The position numbers were made by a program, and so were the translations under genes. A stretch of DNA of 64,000 nucleotides from the human T2T-CHM13v2.0 reference genome, Homo sapiens. The stretch lies in NCBI RefSeq assembly GCF_009914755.1, contig NC_060927.1. One strand, given 5' to 3'. Each line of letters opens with the position of its first letter. The stretch's first letter is position 1. Of the stretch, positions 25,853 through 39,900 are shown one piece after another. The notes under the pieces are model-generated. The model was given only the letters and a program-made list of their open reading frames with translations, had not been told where the DNA came from and searched no databases.

Positions 25853-28800
25853 TGGATTAAGGAATTGATAGGACCTAAAATTCTGTGATTGGTCCAGGGA
25901 AAATGAATATGCTCCATTCATATTTCTGATTCTGAGATCACATTCCCTCAATCTTTATTAGCTGGGGTACCTGAGCAAATGTCTTTTTCTTCATGCCTTC
26001 TTGACTCAACTATTACAGGCTCACTACTTAGGCTTTTTTTTTCTTCCCTTCTCAATTTGGGTTCTTAATTAGATAGGATTAGCAGGTTTTTGCATACAAA
26101 ACTCGGCATTTTCTTCTGGCAGGATTCAACTGTGCAACTATACTTGTGACAACAGAGAAAGTTAGTTTGCAGGTTCCCTGGCAGCCATTGGCAAGATTTG
26201 GTATAAGTTTTGTTTAAGCTCTTTAAAGCTTCTCTGGCACAGGACCAAGAAACAGGCGCTTAAGAAGGGGGAAAAAATCAATGGGCCAATCAATATGATG
26301 AATATATGGCTCCATTAGCTACTTCCCGGTCTTTAGGATCTGGATGATGGTTTCTGCATTTTCTTTGTTTCAGGTTTTTGATGGAAAATTAGATTAGGGG
26401 AAACTGTCACTGCCTGTTTTAAAGCTGCCTCATCTTATCTCAATGGCCAGTTTTGGACATTTTCACTCTTGAGGCATGAGAGATTTAAAGAGCCTGTTGG
26501 ATCAACAAGTCTGTTTTCCTTCCCTAGCCCTCCCAAGAGTTTAAGACCTCCAGAGATGAAATTCAATTGCCTCTAACCTACTCATTACCTGGTGACTTCA
26601 TTCAGTGAATTATTTTCTTTGCCAGGCTGACTTGAACACTGACCCTGAATTTGTTTCCTCAAGTGCCTTGTTTAGCCACATTTTACAACTCTACTCTTGA
26701 CTGAGGCATACAGGTCAAATTGTTATAAAGGAAGAAAGGTTCACAAAGTGAATACTCCTCTTCAAGTGATTCTGGAAACTTGAGAGGAAATGATTTTAGG
26801 GGATACAGAGGGGCACAAGCTAGTTAGTTTTTTGAGCTTCCATATTGAAAAATAATGGCTCTACATAGAACACAAGCACTCTTCAAAGATGTTTCTGCAA
26901 AACATACTTATTCTAGTAGAAGTAGTGCTACTGAGGAAGGTTTTCTGGTACAGGGTTACAGTAAGAACTTCCTAAACTTTTAGTAAACCGAAAAGGGGCT
27001 TTTCAGAAATGTCCTCTTCTTTCAGAGAGAGGTTAGATACATACAATGAGTACTGAGTCAATGTTTGTTTTTTGCTAAGCACTCAGTAAATTCTAGCTGA
27101 GATCTTATACTAAACTGTAGTCCTAACAATGAAAGTGGGACTTGTTTAGCAGTTTATGTTTCTATTGTATGGGTGAATGACTTGCTAACTTAAGTGACTA
27201 GGGCTTCATTAGAGGTTATTATGATAAAAAAAAAATTCAAGTCCTTAAGGGTTATAAAAGGGTAGTAATAGGCTCTTCTTACCTCACTGTATTTCTCTCA
27301 GGAATACACAATGAACTCCATACAGATCACTATATAAATCTAAGATATGAGACCCTATCTTCCTATAAGATACTGACATGAGAGAGGACCTCTAGGGACC
27401 TATAACTGAGTCACCAAGTTGGACATAAAAAAGCAACTAAAGGAAATAGGCTAGCAGGTAAGACTCAAATAAGGTGTTTAGAAGAGGGCACTGTGCATAT
27501 AAGGAGGATATTGAAGACAGTTGAGATCACCAAAACGATGAGACTTAAAATTGTCTAGGACACAGTTAGCTTACGGCCATAACAGGAGATGTAATTAGAA
27601 TGTTAGATCGGGGCAGAATGATTGGGGCAAAATGACAGGCATCTTTCATTTTGCCAATGAAAAGTTTGTATTTAATTTTGTAGGAAACTTCGTGATATTT
27701 ATTTACTTAAGTTTTAGCTCTGGATTTCCTGACTGTGAAAGCAAAAATAAAATTACAGTTTTTTTCTATGGAAAAAAGATGAATGTATGCCAGTTAATCA
27801 GATAGGACAGTTTGTTTTTACCCTTTTTAAAGGAATATTGACCAACACTATGGACAATATTTTTAACAATTTTTTCCACATGAACTTGGTCTTAATTGTC
27901 CTCAATGAAAGCCAAAGCCATACTCTTGACATGCAACTTTGAGAGAGTTGTTCTGAGAGGCCCACATTAAGGAGTTTCAAACATGGAACTTTCCGATTGT
28001 TTAACTTGATGACAAAAATGGCATGTCCCTTAACTTAAACTCCACAAACAATAATTGTTTTACTAAATGTTTCAGGCTTCTAGTCATAATTTTACAGTAG
28101 GTTCTAGGAAGACAATGTGTATTAATTACCAAAAAAGAGCCTGAAATGGGTCAGCCCATGGACCTAGCAATTCTGTGTCTGGAAATGTACCCTATCCATG
28201 TCAGTAATAATCTGGAACACCCAAAAGTGTTCATTGCAGTATTATCGATAATAGTTAAAGAAGGAAAAGAACAAACATGCGATTGTAAACACATTTGATA
28301 TTACACATAATAAAATATCAAGCCATTGAACAGGCAATAAATAACATAAATGACTTAAAACTTATGATATAAGGTAAATATGCAAGATTGCCTATGAAAC
28401 CTAGAATAGTCTGACATATTAATGATTGCTTACTGGCAGTAAATGTCATTAGCAATGACTATATACAATGTATGAAAAATATGCATGGAAAAGATGGAAA
28501 ATCAATATGTTAAAGTGTTAATTATCATAGCATTACTACTAGGAGTGATAATTAACATGGCGTAACTATTAGGAGTAATCGTTCTGGTGTTTTGCAAATT
28601 TTCAACAAGGGATTATCAGTTTAATAAGAAAAAAGTTTATAAAATTGTAAAGAAGAATCGTACTGTTAAAACTTAAACATAATAAAGTTTAAGTTTGGTC
28701 CCCTCTTCTTTCAAGGAGGATTTAAGGGCAATGATACATTTTGAATATCAGGCATGCAGAAGGCAAAGATATCTGAAGTAAGAGGAACTGCTTTGTAAGC

Positions 28801-28929
28801 TTTCTCTCTTATGCAAGACCTATCCATCCTCAGATGAAAGATCGTAGTAGGAGGGCCTCAAGAAGATCCAAAACCATGCTGGAAAAACTGAATCTCCTTA
28901 AGAGGGATGATAACATTAAGGCAATAAAA

Positions 28930-29160
28930 GCACTCTATTGTGGCCTGGAGTAAGACTGCCTGGGTTCAAGTTGTGGCTTCAGTATTTTCTTGCTGTTTGG
29001 GCAAGCCAGTTGGCCTTCTGCTGCATCACTGCCTCATTCATGCAATGAGGAGAAAAGTACTTATCCTTATGGAGTTATTATGAGGATTAAAATATGTAAC
29101 TGTAAAGCACTTAGAATAGTGACTTGCTCTTGGTAAGAACTCAATAAATGTGAGCTATCA
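28930..29160 (+). mobile_element. MIR
   Basis: CTGGAGTAAGACTGCCTGGGTTCAAG...TGTAAAGCACTTAGAATAGTG...CTCAATAAATGTGAGCT. Confidence 0.8.
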
Positions 29161-32100
29161 CTAAGTCAAAGGCTCCATTTCTGAGGCTTGGATTCAGTTC
29201 CTGCGCTGGACCCTGTGGCTCTCTCTGTCCTAAGCTGCCGCTGGCCCCCATTACATTCTTCCAATTGTTTCAGTAAGAAGACATGAGAAGTGCCATGTAA
29301 ATGTCTTTGTAAACTCTTTCTAGAAAGAAAAAAACTCAAAACGCACAAACATCTTTTATAAACTATAGACATTTTACTTATACTGATGATTGGTTCAATA
29401 ATAGGAAAGTAATGAAGTAATTTGCTAATTATCTATCCTGGCTCCATGAAACAACTGGTCCTTCCTAAGGATGTTGGTGCATTATTCATAGTTGCCAAAG
29501 GAATGACAAAAGCCATAGAAAAGGAAGACACCCAAGAGACAGGAAGTGTCAGAAAGCAGTAAGTAATCTTATCTCAGATCTAGGTTTGGCCCAATATTAT
29601 CAGTTACCAAGTGAAAAGAAGAGTGCAGAACCCTGCACCCATGTATTCCCTGGGGAGCAACACAGGAGTCTATTCAGAAAAAAATCCAGATTTCTCACAA
29701 AGGGGTTCCAGAGCTTTGAATTGTTGAGTAAAACTACATATTCACAAGTAATTACTAATACAAATAAAATGGAATTGTAATACCAGGTACTTCTCAAATT
29801 TTCATCAGTTGACATTATATCAAAACATTTTCTTAAAAATATATCTGAGAGGGTTTACAATCAGGTCCCCAACCCTCCTGAAATGGAGCCTTTTTGAGAA
29901 GCCAGTCATACATTAATTCTATTGAAATAAATGCTTTACTTGTTAGTGAAACAAAACAGTTTGAATTCACTAAGGTCACACTAAACCAGGCCTTTGCTCT
30001 GAAGTTAAAGGCTCTAAATAGATCAAAACATTCTTTGTAATGCCCTTGAGTGATCCATTTATTGCACTTAACTTTCTCATTACTTAAATGCAAAAGACTA
30101 AAGTTGAAGAGGCCAAAACATACATTTGGAAATTTCAGAAAACATAATAGACTGAGAGAGATAATGTAATACTTCTCCATGAAGAGGAGAGCTTGAATAT
30201 CTCGATTACAGCTTCGCTATCCATCCCTCACACATTCAAATCCAATATATGTGCTTTTATTAATGCGTGAGTGCAGAGATATGCATAACTGAACATTGAT
30301 AAGGCAGGATACTGTATATTTATGAGGTTTTATATGTTTTCTCTTTATGTTTTATTTGTATTTATATCCAGTGCTGCATACTGTATATATGTGTTTATAA
30401 GTGTAGTAGCTACGAAAAGAAATAAGATTTTAATCGATTTCATAATATTTTGCAACCACATATACACTACCATCTATTTCACTGAATGTGCATTGGTATT
30501 CGGAGGGGTATGACACTTTCTACTGGTCTCAGTGAGAACTGGTAATAAATATCTTAGTGCTTAAGTGAGATTCTATAAACAACCTTGTGTTATAATGCAG
30601 CCATATCCTTGAAATTTTACATGCATAAAAGTCAGAAATTTGGAGTTGTCATAGTAACATTAATTCTGGCCCTTTCCAAAAGTGCAGTATTTTGTCATAT
30701 AGCATAAAATGTTAATGGTTGTGTCTCTGTGACTCGGCAATGAGACTGAGTTACATTTGCCATGGAAATCATAAGTTTGGAGAGCTTTACTGTCGACATT
30801 TAAAATCAGAGGCATAACATGTTGCGCTAAATTTCCTTAATTAAAAAAAAATACAAGACACAGTAACAAACTGGACAAAAGGGTAAAGAACGATGATTAT
30901 TATTTTTGAAGTGAATTGAACAAATGGAAGAAATAAACAGGAAGATGTTAAAACATTTGTTGGGAAGAACTTAGTGACCCAGACGTATTTATTCAAATAC
31001 AGTAGACATTTGAACAAAGGCTCCTGTATCAAGTTTGGTGCATTTTGCCATGAAGATACGAGTCTCTGTTCACCATAAGCAACATCTGGATAAAATCCTG
31101 CAGCAAACAAACAAGGCAGAATGTCATTTTTCTGTACCAAGGGATCTATAAGAAGGAAATAAATAGTTGTCTTTTGGGGACAGGTTAAAAAGTACCTGTC
31201 TGAGACAGATACCTGATTGGGAGTGGTTTTTAAAATGTCTTTTCTAGCTCTATGGTTCTATACTCTTTAATACAAGTGAATATTTCTCAGTGTATATATA
31301 AAAACTGAAGCTATGAGCCGGATGCAATGCTGATGTTCATTGCACAGATGAAGGTAAAGGAAGTCTGAGTTGTAGGACTCTCTGCTGGAAGCACAGGAAA
31401 GTCAGGAGTTGTGATGAGATGGGAGAAGAGAGATAAAAATGGCCTTGTGTCTCCTCTGGCTGTCTCTCTGCCAGTTCTAAGGATGATGGCAGCATCTTAG
31501 ATAAAGGTACCTTGGCACTAGAACTAAAAAGTGGCTTTACATGAAACCAAAGTTAACCTAAGCATATGTGGTCTTTCAAATGTGCTTATAGTGGTTTTGG
31601 TTCCTATGCTAGTCACATCTCTTTTGAGACCAGTGATGACAGTATAATACTGTCTTCACTCTTTTTTGGAACCCAAGTCAACCTACCCCTCTGCTTGTCT
31701 CATACTCTTTGTCCTTCTAAAACTATTACTTCTCCTGGCAACTTTCATACATCTTTTACTATAGTTCCCATCTACACAAGAATGTTTAGCCAGAATTCTA
31801 TGAGAATCTGTGATAATATTGATTAGAATCTATCCATATAGCAAAGTTTCCTCATTTGATAGAAAAAAAAAGCCATACATTTTAAATAAAACACTTTTCT
31901 TTTGTAAGTACTATATTCTCTTGAGTCTAGGAGGGCTGGCTATTTGAATTGGTATGTGCGTGGTAAGTGGTAATTTCCCCCTTTCCCCTCCAAAGAAAAC
32001 TGTTGTTACGTTGATGACACACCTTGTAATTGGGGGCATCCTAGAATTCAGGAAATAGAACCATTTCCATATCCTTCCTAGTCTGCTTTGCTTGATAACT

Positions 32101-32580
32101 TATGAATTAGACCACACATAATTTGAAAAGGATGTATTCTATTTATTTACATTCTGAAATAGTTCTGGTGCATGATGCTATGAATGTGATTGCAATTGTT
32201 ATTTTAATTTTAGTTCACTCCTAAACCCATTGTGATTTGATTCTTCACCTATTACACTCTGGTAGGTATCAAAGGTCACACCTACCACCCAATATCCACC
32301 ATCCATGGAAATGTCCTCATCTTTACACTTCCTTGTCTATTACATTTCTGCTGAAACCATTAACCACACTTCCTTTCTAAATTTTTTCTCCTCCTTAGCT
32401 TTCCTTAAGTTATTTTTCGTTTTTAGTTTTTTTTACCCACCTATTCTCATGCTTTCCTTTATAGCTCCTCTGCCTCCTCCCACTCTTAAATCTCACCTCT
32501 TTCTAGAATTTTTATGTGCTTTTCCTATTACCTACTGAATTATTTTACCACTCTCTGAGCTATAATTATCATCTATATAT

Positions 32581-32795
32581 GTGCTGCTCAATAAAATAAC
32601 CACTAGCCACATAAACATAATGGTTATTTAAATTTAAATTAATTAAAATCAAGTAAATTTAAAATTCAGTTTTTCAGTCAGACTAGCCACATTCGAAGAA
32701 TTCAGTAGCAGCCACATGGGCTAATGGCCTCCATATTGGCCAGCACTGATACAGAATAGTTTCATCACTGCAGAGTGTTCTGTAGGAAAGCATCG
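32581..32795 (-). mobile_element. MER3 (hAT-Charlie MITE) inserted in L2
   Basis: CCACTAGCCAC...TTTAAATTTAAATTAATTAAAAT...GACTAGCCACATT...CATCACTGCAGAGTGTTCT. Confidence 0.75.
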
Positions 32796-33229
32796 CTCTA
32801 TATGTTACTGATTCCTAAATTGCATCTGAAGTCCAAACTCCCTTTTGAGGAAAAGACTTACAGTTTGCAAGCAGAGAAGTAAGGTGGGAAAGAAGTTCAG
32901 CATTCACTTATTCAGTTGTTTTGGCTAACATGAGATATTAAAATTTCGAGTTTGGAAATAGTTGGCAGCAGTGACACTTAACATTCTCTACCAAGACATA
33001 TAAGATGAATGACAACCATTTGAACGCAGATTTTAATAACATCCAAAAAACTTTTACTGGGAGGTAATGTACTATGATGATTCAAAACCATTGCAAACTG
33101 TTCATGATATGAGAGCAATGGTCTTCAGCTTAGAGAAGATAGATTATACCTGGTAGACTATTTTCAAAACCACTTTGGAACATCAGCTCTTTTGTGTGCT
33201 TACATCTCCTTGGCATGTCAGGACATTTT

Positions 33230-34410
33230 AGTTGCCCTTCCTGAAATCCCTCTGAAACTATTCCTGAACTATCTCTGATCATGGCATTACCTTTTCTATG
33301 TCCCCTAGACTGGGAACCACATAGTCATCTTTGCTTCCTTCCCTTTTCTCATGCACCATATTCATTTGCCCATTAGATTTTGCTGGTTTTATTATTGTCC
33401 CTTGAATCCCACCTCCCATTCTCAGTCTCATGGCTACTTTAGAAAATCAAGCCTTTATCATGACTCAGCTGGATGACTATAACAGCTCCATCCCTTTTCT
33501 CACCAAATCCTTCAATTTTCCACTACTGGGTAGCAGCTGCAATCCTTTTATCCCCATATTTAAAAATATTTGCTTGATTCCTCAGGGCCTACTGACTTCT
33601 TAGCCTGGCACTCCTCAATGCCAACATTAGACTCCTTAATCTGGCTCTCTCGTAACCTCAAATTACTTTTTCCTTTGCCATTCATTACCATTCCCATCAC
33701 ACTACACCTCTTCCAAAACATTTCCCTTCATGGTTCTCGTCAAAAACTATTTTCTCCATGAAGCTTTTTCTGAGTTCTTACTTTTCACACCCCAATTTGT
33801 TGTGATCTCTAGCTCTTTATCTATGTCTATATCTAGATCAGGAATCAGCAAACTATAGCACTCAAGCCAAATCTAGCCTATCTCCCATTTCTGTACTGCT
33901 TGTCAGCTGAGGATGATTGCTGTATTTTTAAATGGTTGAAAAAATAATCAAAAGAAAAATAATGTATCATGTGATAAGAAATTAAAAATTCAATGTCCAT
34001 AAATAAAGTTTTATTGGAAAGCAGCTATACCCATTGATTTACATATTGTCTATGGGTGCTTTTGGCTACAACTGGTAGAGTCCAGTATAGCCCACAGAGA
34101 CTAATTTACTTACTAACTGGCTTTTTATGGAAAAAGTTTGACAAACCTTGATCTATATTCATCTTTACATTTATATCTACGTATAATTTTTGAAATACCC
34201 ATAACACTTTGTTTACATCTCTATCATTGTCACTTAGCTAAATTTACTTAACAGTTGCTTGTTTACTTATCTTTTTGACTACCCGATAAACTGTAAGCAA
34301 CTTGAGAGCATACATATTAAATTTTTTATTAGTCTTTATTTCCCTTGCTAGCTAGCACTTAGCACAAGACCTTGCACATATAAGGCATTCACTAAATATC
34401 TTTATTGAAG
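33230..34410 (+). mobile_element. L2 3' region (host of MER58B)
   Basis: Terminal ...AAACTGTAAGCAACTTGAGAGCA...CTTAGCACAAGACCTTGCACATATAAGGCATTCACTAAATATC. Confidence 0.6.
33839..34150 (+). mobile_element. MER58B (hAT-Charlie) inserted in L2
   Basis: CAGGAATCAGCAAACTAT...AATAAAGTTTTATTGGAA...AAAAAGTTTGACAAACCTTG; 8-bp TSD ATCTAGAT (33831-33838) / ATCTATAT (34151-34158). Confidence 0.8.
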
Positions 34411-36129
34411 TGATAACATATGATTTGTTATGCAAAATCACTTCAGTCTTAACTTTGATATGAATTATAGCACATTATGATATATACCTTTATATATACC
34501 CAGAGACACACACAGTACACATATATGTGCATAGTTATTTATACCTACATATAAATATTTATATGTGCACATAGTGTTTACAAACAGAAGCTTGCAACTT
34601 CTATGAGATAAAATTGATATGATAGCATGGAAATAGATTGCGGTGTTTGTCAAATATGGACACATATTATAAGTATTTTATATTTGAATTGTAACCTATG
34701 TTCCCAATCCAATTGTAATATTTTCCTTATCTGATAAATGCTTAATCCTATTGTAAGTGGTGGAAACGATCACTCATTTGGGCTCTCATATTTTCAGCAT
34801 ATTCAAACTTGTCAGAATGTGCCTCTGACTATCAGTTAACACATTTGTTGGATGAAGAAATAAACACACAGCAAAAGTGTGCCGGTTGCAGGATGGTTTA
34901 ATGCCATATAATACTTGTTTTTGCAGTCCAGAAAAATGTCAGTGAACTACCTTTTATAGAGTACATGCTTCGATTGTTGCCACATTGGCAAAAAAAAAAA
35001 AAGGAGCTAAATAATTTCTTTTGGGCTTCTTCGGCCAAACTGTACACATTTTTTTTGAGAAGGTTGGCAGGAGTTAGAGCATGAGTCCATGGAACAGAGC
35101 CACACTGGTTGTTACCCAGAGAGCTTGGACCTACATCCTTGGCCCCAGGAGCATTGTAGTCTAAATTTTGGAAAGCCAAATTAGAGTGGAGGAATAAAGA
35201 GGCAGAAGTAGGGAAGAAGTTATAGTCAGCATCCTTTAATTTGTGGGTATAGGCTAAAATGTTAAGGATTGAAGTAGTTCGGCATGTAAGTATGAAGTGT
35301 TTGGGGCAGTGGTGGACTTTCAACATTTAGTTTGGAAATATTCTGAGTATTCTGTAGCTTTTACTCTCAAATTTTATTTTGCATCATGCAGTGGCTACAT
35401 GATGAAAAGTGATTCCCATGCAGATACTAGCTAGACTTTGGCCTTCCCCTTATCATGGCCAGATGCCATCTTTGTATATCGTCCCCTAAACCATCCATTT
35501 GTAGGTGGAGATGTCCTACTGTAAACTCTTTCCACCCAACTGGTGATGTATGAGTAATGGGTTGCCTCTTGGATAGCATCAGCTGTGGATGGTATGCACT
35601 TCCCCAGGTTTGTGGGAATTCTAGCTCCTTCTGTCTTCTTCTACTCATGAGAACATGTTGGAACTCAATAAAGTAAAAAAAAAAAAAAAAAAGAAAGGAA
35701 AAGAAAGAAAAAAAGCATTATTAAAAGGAATACTTTAAATTCACAAAGCATTTGCCAGTTTTAGTGCAGTTTTACTTGTGATAAGAAAATGTTGATTTTT
35801 TATAACTAATGCCAAATTTATATCTGCCTATACAATGTAATCGAGATTTGCTGATCTATAAAATCATTTTTATCTTATTGTCACAATCATCAATACCTTA
35901 AAAAAGCCTATTTTAATTACACAAATAATATGTTATTAATCCAGAAACACGAAAAATAAATTAAAAACATTTGCATCCTATTCCACTAGCCTGATGCTCT
36001 CATTGTAAATATTTTCCAGCTTGAGAAAGAAAAGCATATCTCATTGTTATTGTCTTTTACATTTCTAATATTATTCTTGGGGTTAAACAATTTTTGTGTT
36101 GTGACTGCTTAGTTTTCTTTTTGGTAAAC

Positions 36130-36350
36130 TGTGTAGTAGAGTACAGTACAGACTTTGGAATTAGGATGTGTGAGTCCAGTTTTGGTTCTGGTATTTACTA
36201 GCTTTGCGGCCTCACACCCTGTATTTCAGCTTCTTCATTTATAAAATGGAGAAACCAAGAATATCTTCTGCACCAGTTTGCTATGAGGAATAAATGAGAT
36301 CTTTTATGTAAAATACCTTAATACAGTTCCTGGTATATAAGTCTATAGAT
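36130..36350 (+). mobile_element. MIR
   Basis: CAGACTTTGGAATTAG...TTCTTCATTTATAAAATGGAG...GAGGAATAAATGAGAT. Confidence 0.7.
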
Positions 36351-38883
36351 GCTCAAGAAGCTCAAGTGTGGGTACAACTATAGCTCATCTTAAAACCATA
36401 CCAGAGGCTCAGCAGAACCCTGGTATGAGGTGGGCCCAAGACATTTTCATATTGCATTTCAGAGATTAAACAAAAAATAAATTTTTAAAGGATGTCATAT
36501 GGCTTCCTTTTATCTGTCCCTATGACACTTACCCATACCTGAATTGAATCCTGCCTTTTCAGAAAGAAACTCTTGGCCATAGAAGAAATTGCATTTGAAG
36601 AAAGCAAAACACTGCTAGAGCCAGAAGTCTACCTGAATGGTAGGAGTCTATAAGCATGCGGGCAAAGAGGCTTAAGTCCCAACCTTGCCAATGGACACAG
36701 AGCCCATGTGGCCATGGGTATTTTAAAGACATTTTCTAATCCTGTGAGAACTTTTCATCCATCTGTGTGATTTTTGATTTAAGTGACCAGCTGCTTTAAA
36801 ATAGACTAAGCATATGACATGGGCAGTCAGTACATCTTGAGAAGCAGGAGGGATTTTATTCATTTAAAATTGCATTTCCCTCATTCCTGCATGACTCACC
36901 CCTGTATTATCTTTCATCAGAGCATCAAATGTTACTAAGAAAGACTGTTTCCACTCCACTCTTAATCCAAATAAACAGCACCTTTTCATCTCTGAGCTGG
37001 CTTCTTCAGGCTGCTTATAGTTGCCTTCCTAGTGCCATTTAAATCTGGGTTGGTTTTCACTAGAGCTGCAGTAGGATAACAGAGCAAGAAGTTTCAAAGC
37101 AGATGTATCATGCCTCACAATGCAGGTGAGCAAGTACTTCAAGAGGTTTTGAACCTGGCTTTACCTCTGTTTTCTAGTGCTGACTGAAAAGCAATCAATG
37201 AGACAGGCTAGTTAAGAAATGAGTAATTGCAGAGATTCAGGAACACTTCATACTGGATTAGGTTATTTAGCACAGGTGTTTTAATGATTATAATATACTG
37301 AAAAACCTCACACTGCTGGGCGGCCCTCAGACTCACAGTGGTTGCCTCTTGGTTGGGCCCAGTTCTGCCCTTGAAGACAAGGGGAATTGTGAGCCTGCAG
37401 GAATTTTAAAGCCATGCCTCAGACGAAATCAGATAGTATTTGAGTTCTGGCAGCTGCTACACCTTTGTCTGGGTTGAGCTTGAAAGCCTGTGCTTTCTGA
37501 AGGCATTTCTTTGTATCTGCATTTACAATTAGTATGTTGAAAAAGAGGGATGGAAGGGAGACCTGCACACAATATGGGAATCAGAGAAACTCTGAAACGC
37601 CATGCATTGCATTTTTTCCCAAGGAGTCACAGGAACACACGAAGCACAGGTGGTAACGTGATGGTGATGGAGGGGAGGGTGAATGTAAGGGGGGTGATAA
37701 TTGATGGGGGCCCGGAGTCCAGACTGCAGCTGTCCCCAGGTGCACCCAACTGCATCTGTTCTTCTGCAATGTACTACACAGTAGCAGATTTTGGATTATT
37801 TAAGCAGGGGGAAAACAAATCAGGAAAGTTAACAAAGCTCTTGGAGGAGGAAGGTGAGGAGGTGTGATTACCACATATGAGGAAGGAAGCCTTCAGGAAG
37901 GGAATAAATTGGATCGGGGGTTTGGCACCCAGCACCAGAGACACCTCCCATCATATCACCTGTGAACTCTGTGGTTCTGAGAAGGGTGAGCAGGTGGAGA
38001 GCTCATTGGCTCCAGACTGTCCCACTCTTGTGCAAGTTTGGATTTTATCATGTGGTGGATTTGTGTCAACACATGGAGGGGAATTATAAAACTGAGATAA
38101 AGTTGTACTCCTTCTATCTTCTTCTTTTTTCATCTTTATTAAGAGTACAGGAAGACAATAGAACTATCTGCAGCTACCAGGAATGTTCTTCCAAGCCAGT
38201 GTTCCCCCAAGTCTCTCTAATGCAATGATATTGGTAAAAGAAATAAATTCATTTACTGGATGTGATACTTAATGCAGGCCTGAGGCTGGAGTCCCACTGT
38301 CTGTCCTGAGTCAGTGAGGAGGAAGGCCAAATTGACAACATTGGGATGATGGGAAATTCAAGCCATTTGTCATCCACAATTCAGATCATATGATATATTT
38401 CAAGATTCCTCCTGATGTAGTTATATTGGAAAAGTCTTGAAAGGTCTTCACAATGTGACAGTAAAATCTGACAGTGAGGGAAGCTGGTTATTTCTTTTCT
38501 TTTCTTTATTTTTTTGACATGACTTTTCAAAGGTGGCGTTAAAGATTTACCTGTTTTGATTTAGGGGACCATAACGACATTGCAGGAGAAATAAGGTCAA
38601 GATGTAATAGGGAGTTGTCATACTGTCTCATGATTCTTCTTACGTTAAATAACTTTGGCAGATAATCCTCCCATGGAGTAGGTGGGGAGCAGGACAGGAG
38701 CAGTGCTGAAGGAGAGGGATGGCAGACCCATGCAAAGGGTATTCTCTGGACCTTAAGAGTGTACGATTATGACGCTAAACGAGTTACTATAAAGAGCAAA
38801 TGCTCTACCTGGAATTCTAACAATAGTTCACCATAATACTGGAACTTGAATTGTAACTCCTGTGCTATTAAAATATATCAGTT

Positions 38884-39214
38884 GGTATATACCTAGTAAT
38901 GGGATGGCTGGGTCAAATGGTATTTCTAGTTCTAGATCCCTGAGGAATCGCCACACTGACTTCCACAATGGTTGAACTAGTTTACAGTCCCACCAACAGT
39001 GTAAAAGTATTCCTATTTCTCCACATCCTCTCCAGCACCTGTTGTTTCCTGACTTTTTAATGACTGCCATTCTAACTGGTGTGAGATGGTATCTCATTGT
39101 GGTTTTGATTTGCATTTCTCTGATGGCCAGTGATGATGAGCATTTTTTCATGTATAACAAACCTGCACGTTGTGCACATGCACCCTAAAACTTAAAGAAT
39201 AAAAAAAAATAAAT
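38884..39214 (+). mobile_element. Young primate L1PA (about L1PA3-5), 5'-inverted and internally deleted
   Basis: Antisense ORF2 C-terminal segment 38884-39153 (ORF ...[33 protein letters not shown]...) plus sense 3' end ACAAACCTGCACGTTGTGCACATG.ACCCTAAAACTTAAAG and A-tail; TSD AA(A/G)ATATATCA(G/A)TTGG at 38870-38885 and 39215-39230. Confidence 0.93.
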
Positions 39215-39467
39215 AAGATATATCAATTGGTGTATTTAGTATATTCAATATACTAAGCATACTTTTTTAGCTATATGGACAAAAACATAAGGCTTCTATA
39301 TCAAGAAAAATGAGACTGAAGCAAAGAAAACCAGTCTATAGAATGCTTTGAAATAAGTAGATTTACTTCAGATCGAGAAACAACACTTTTGTATATAGTG
39401 GTATAACCCAGGTGGTACAAATGGTTAAAAGGTGTTCTTGATTGATTCTTTGGTAAACTCACTCAGT

Positions 39468-39900
39468 CCATCAGTTACCATGCTTTTGGCTGCAAGTAAC
39501 TTTTAAAAATGAATTAAATAATAAGAATAATTTGTATGGTCACAAAACAGGAGCACTGGAAATAGACATTTCCACGACTTGTTAATTCAGTGTCCCGAGA
39601 TGATCCCAGTGACCCAGATTCTTTCCCTGATCCATTCTCTCATCCTCTGTTGGTATTTCCCCTCAGTTTGTTTCCTCAGGGACACAAAGTAACGGCTGTG
39701 ACCCTAGGTGTCGTGTCTTCACACAACCACATGGAGTGGCAGAGAAAAGGAAAGTTCTCCTTAAACATTTCTTTTTATCAGAGAAGGAACTTTTTGGGGA
39801 GAAACTCCTTAGGAGACTTCCCTGTAAGTTTCGTTAGCCAGGGTTGTATCACAGGCCATTGCCTTAGCCAGTCTCTTGCATGATGAATCAAATTACCAAG
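39468..39900. mobile_element. MLT1J/K-like MaLR LTR
   Basis: TCAGTTACCATGCTTTTGGCTGCAAGTAAC...CCCAGTGACCCAGATTCTTTCC. Confidence 0.6.

Noticed and set aside
35380-35715. AATAAA followed by an A-rich tract as a second processed pseudogene
   Set aside because: No TSD, no recognisable ORF or parent gene, and the signal is only 2 nt from the A-tract; more likely a LINE 3' remnant or simple A-rich repeat.
38828-39160. 110-aa ORF resembling L1 ORF2p C-terminus
   Set aside because: A fragment inside a truncated, inverted L1PA; not an independent CDS.
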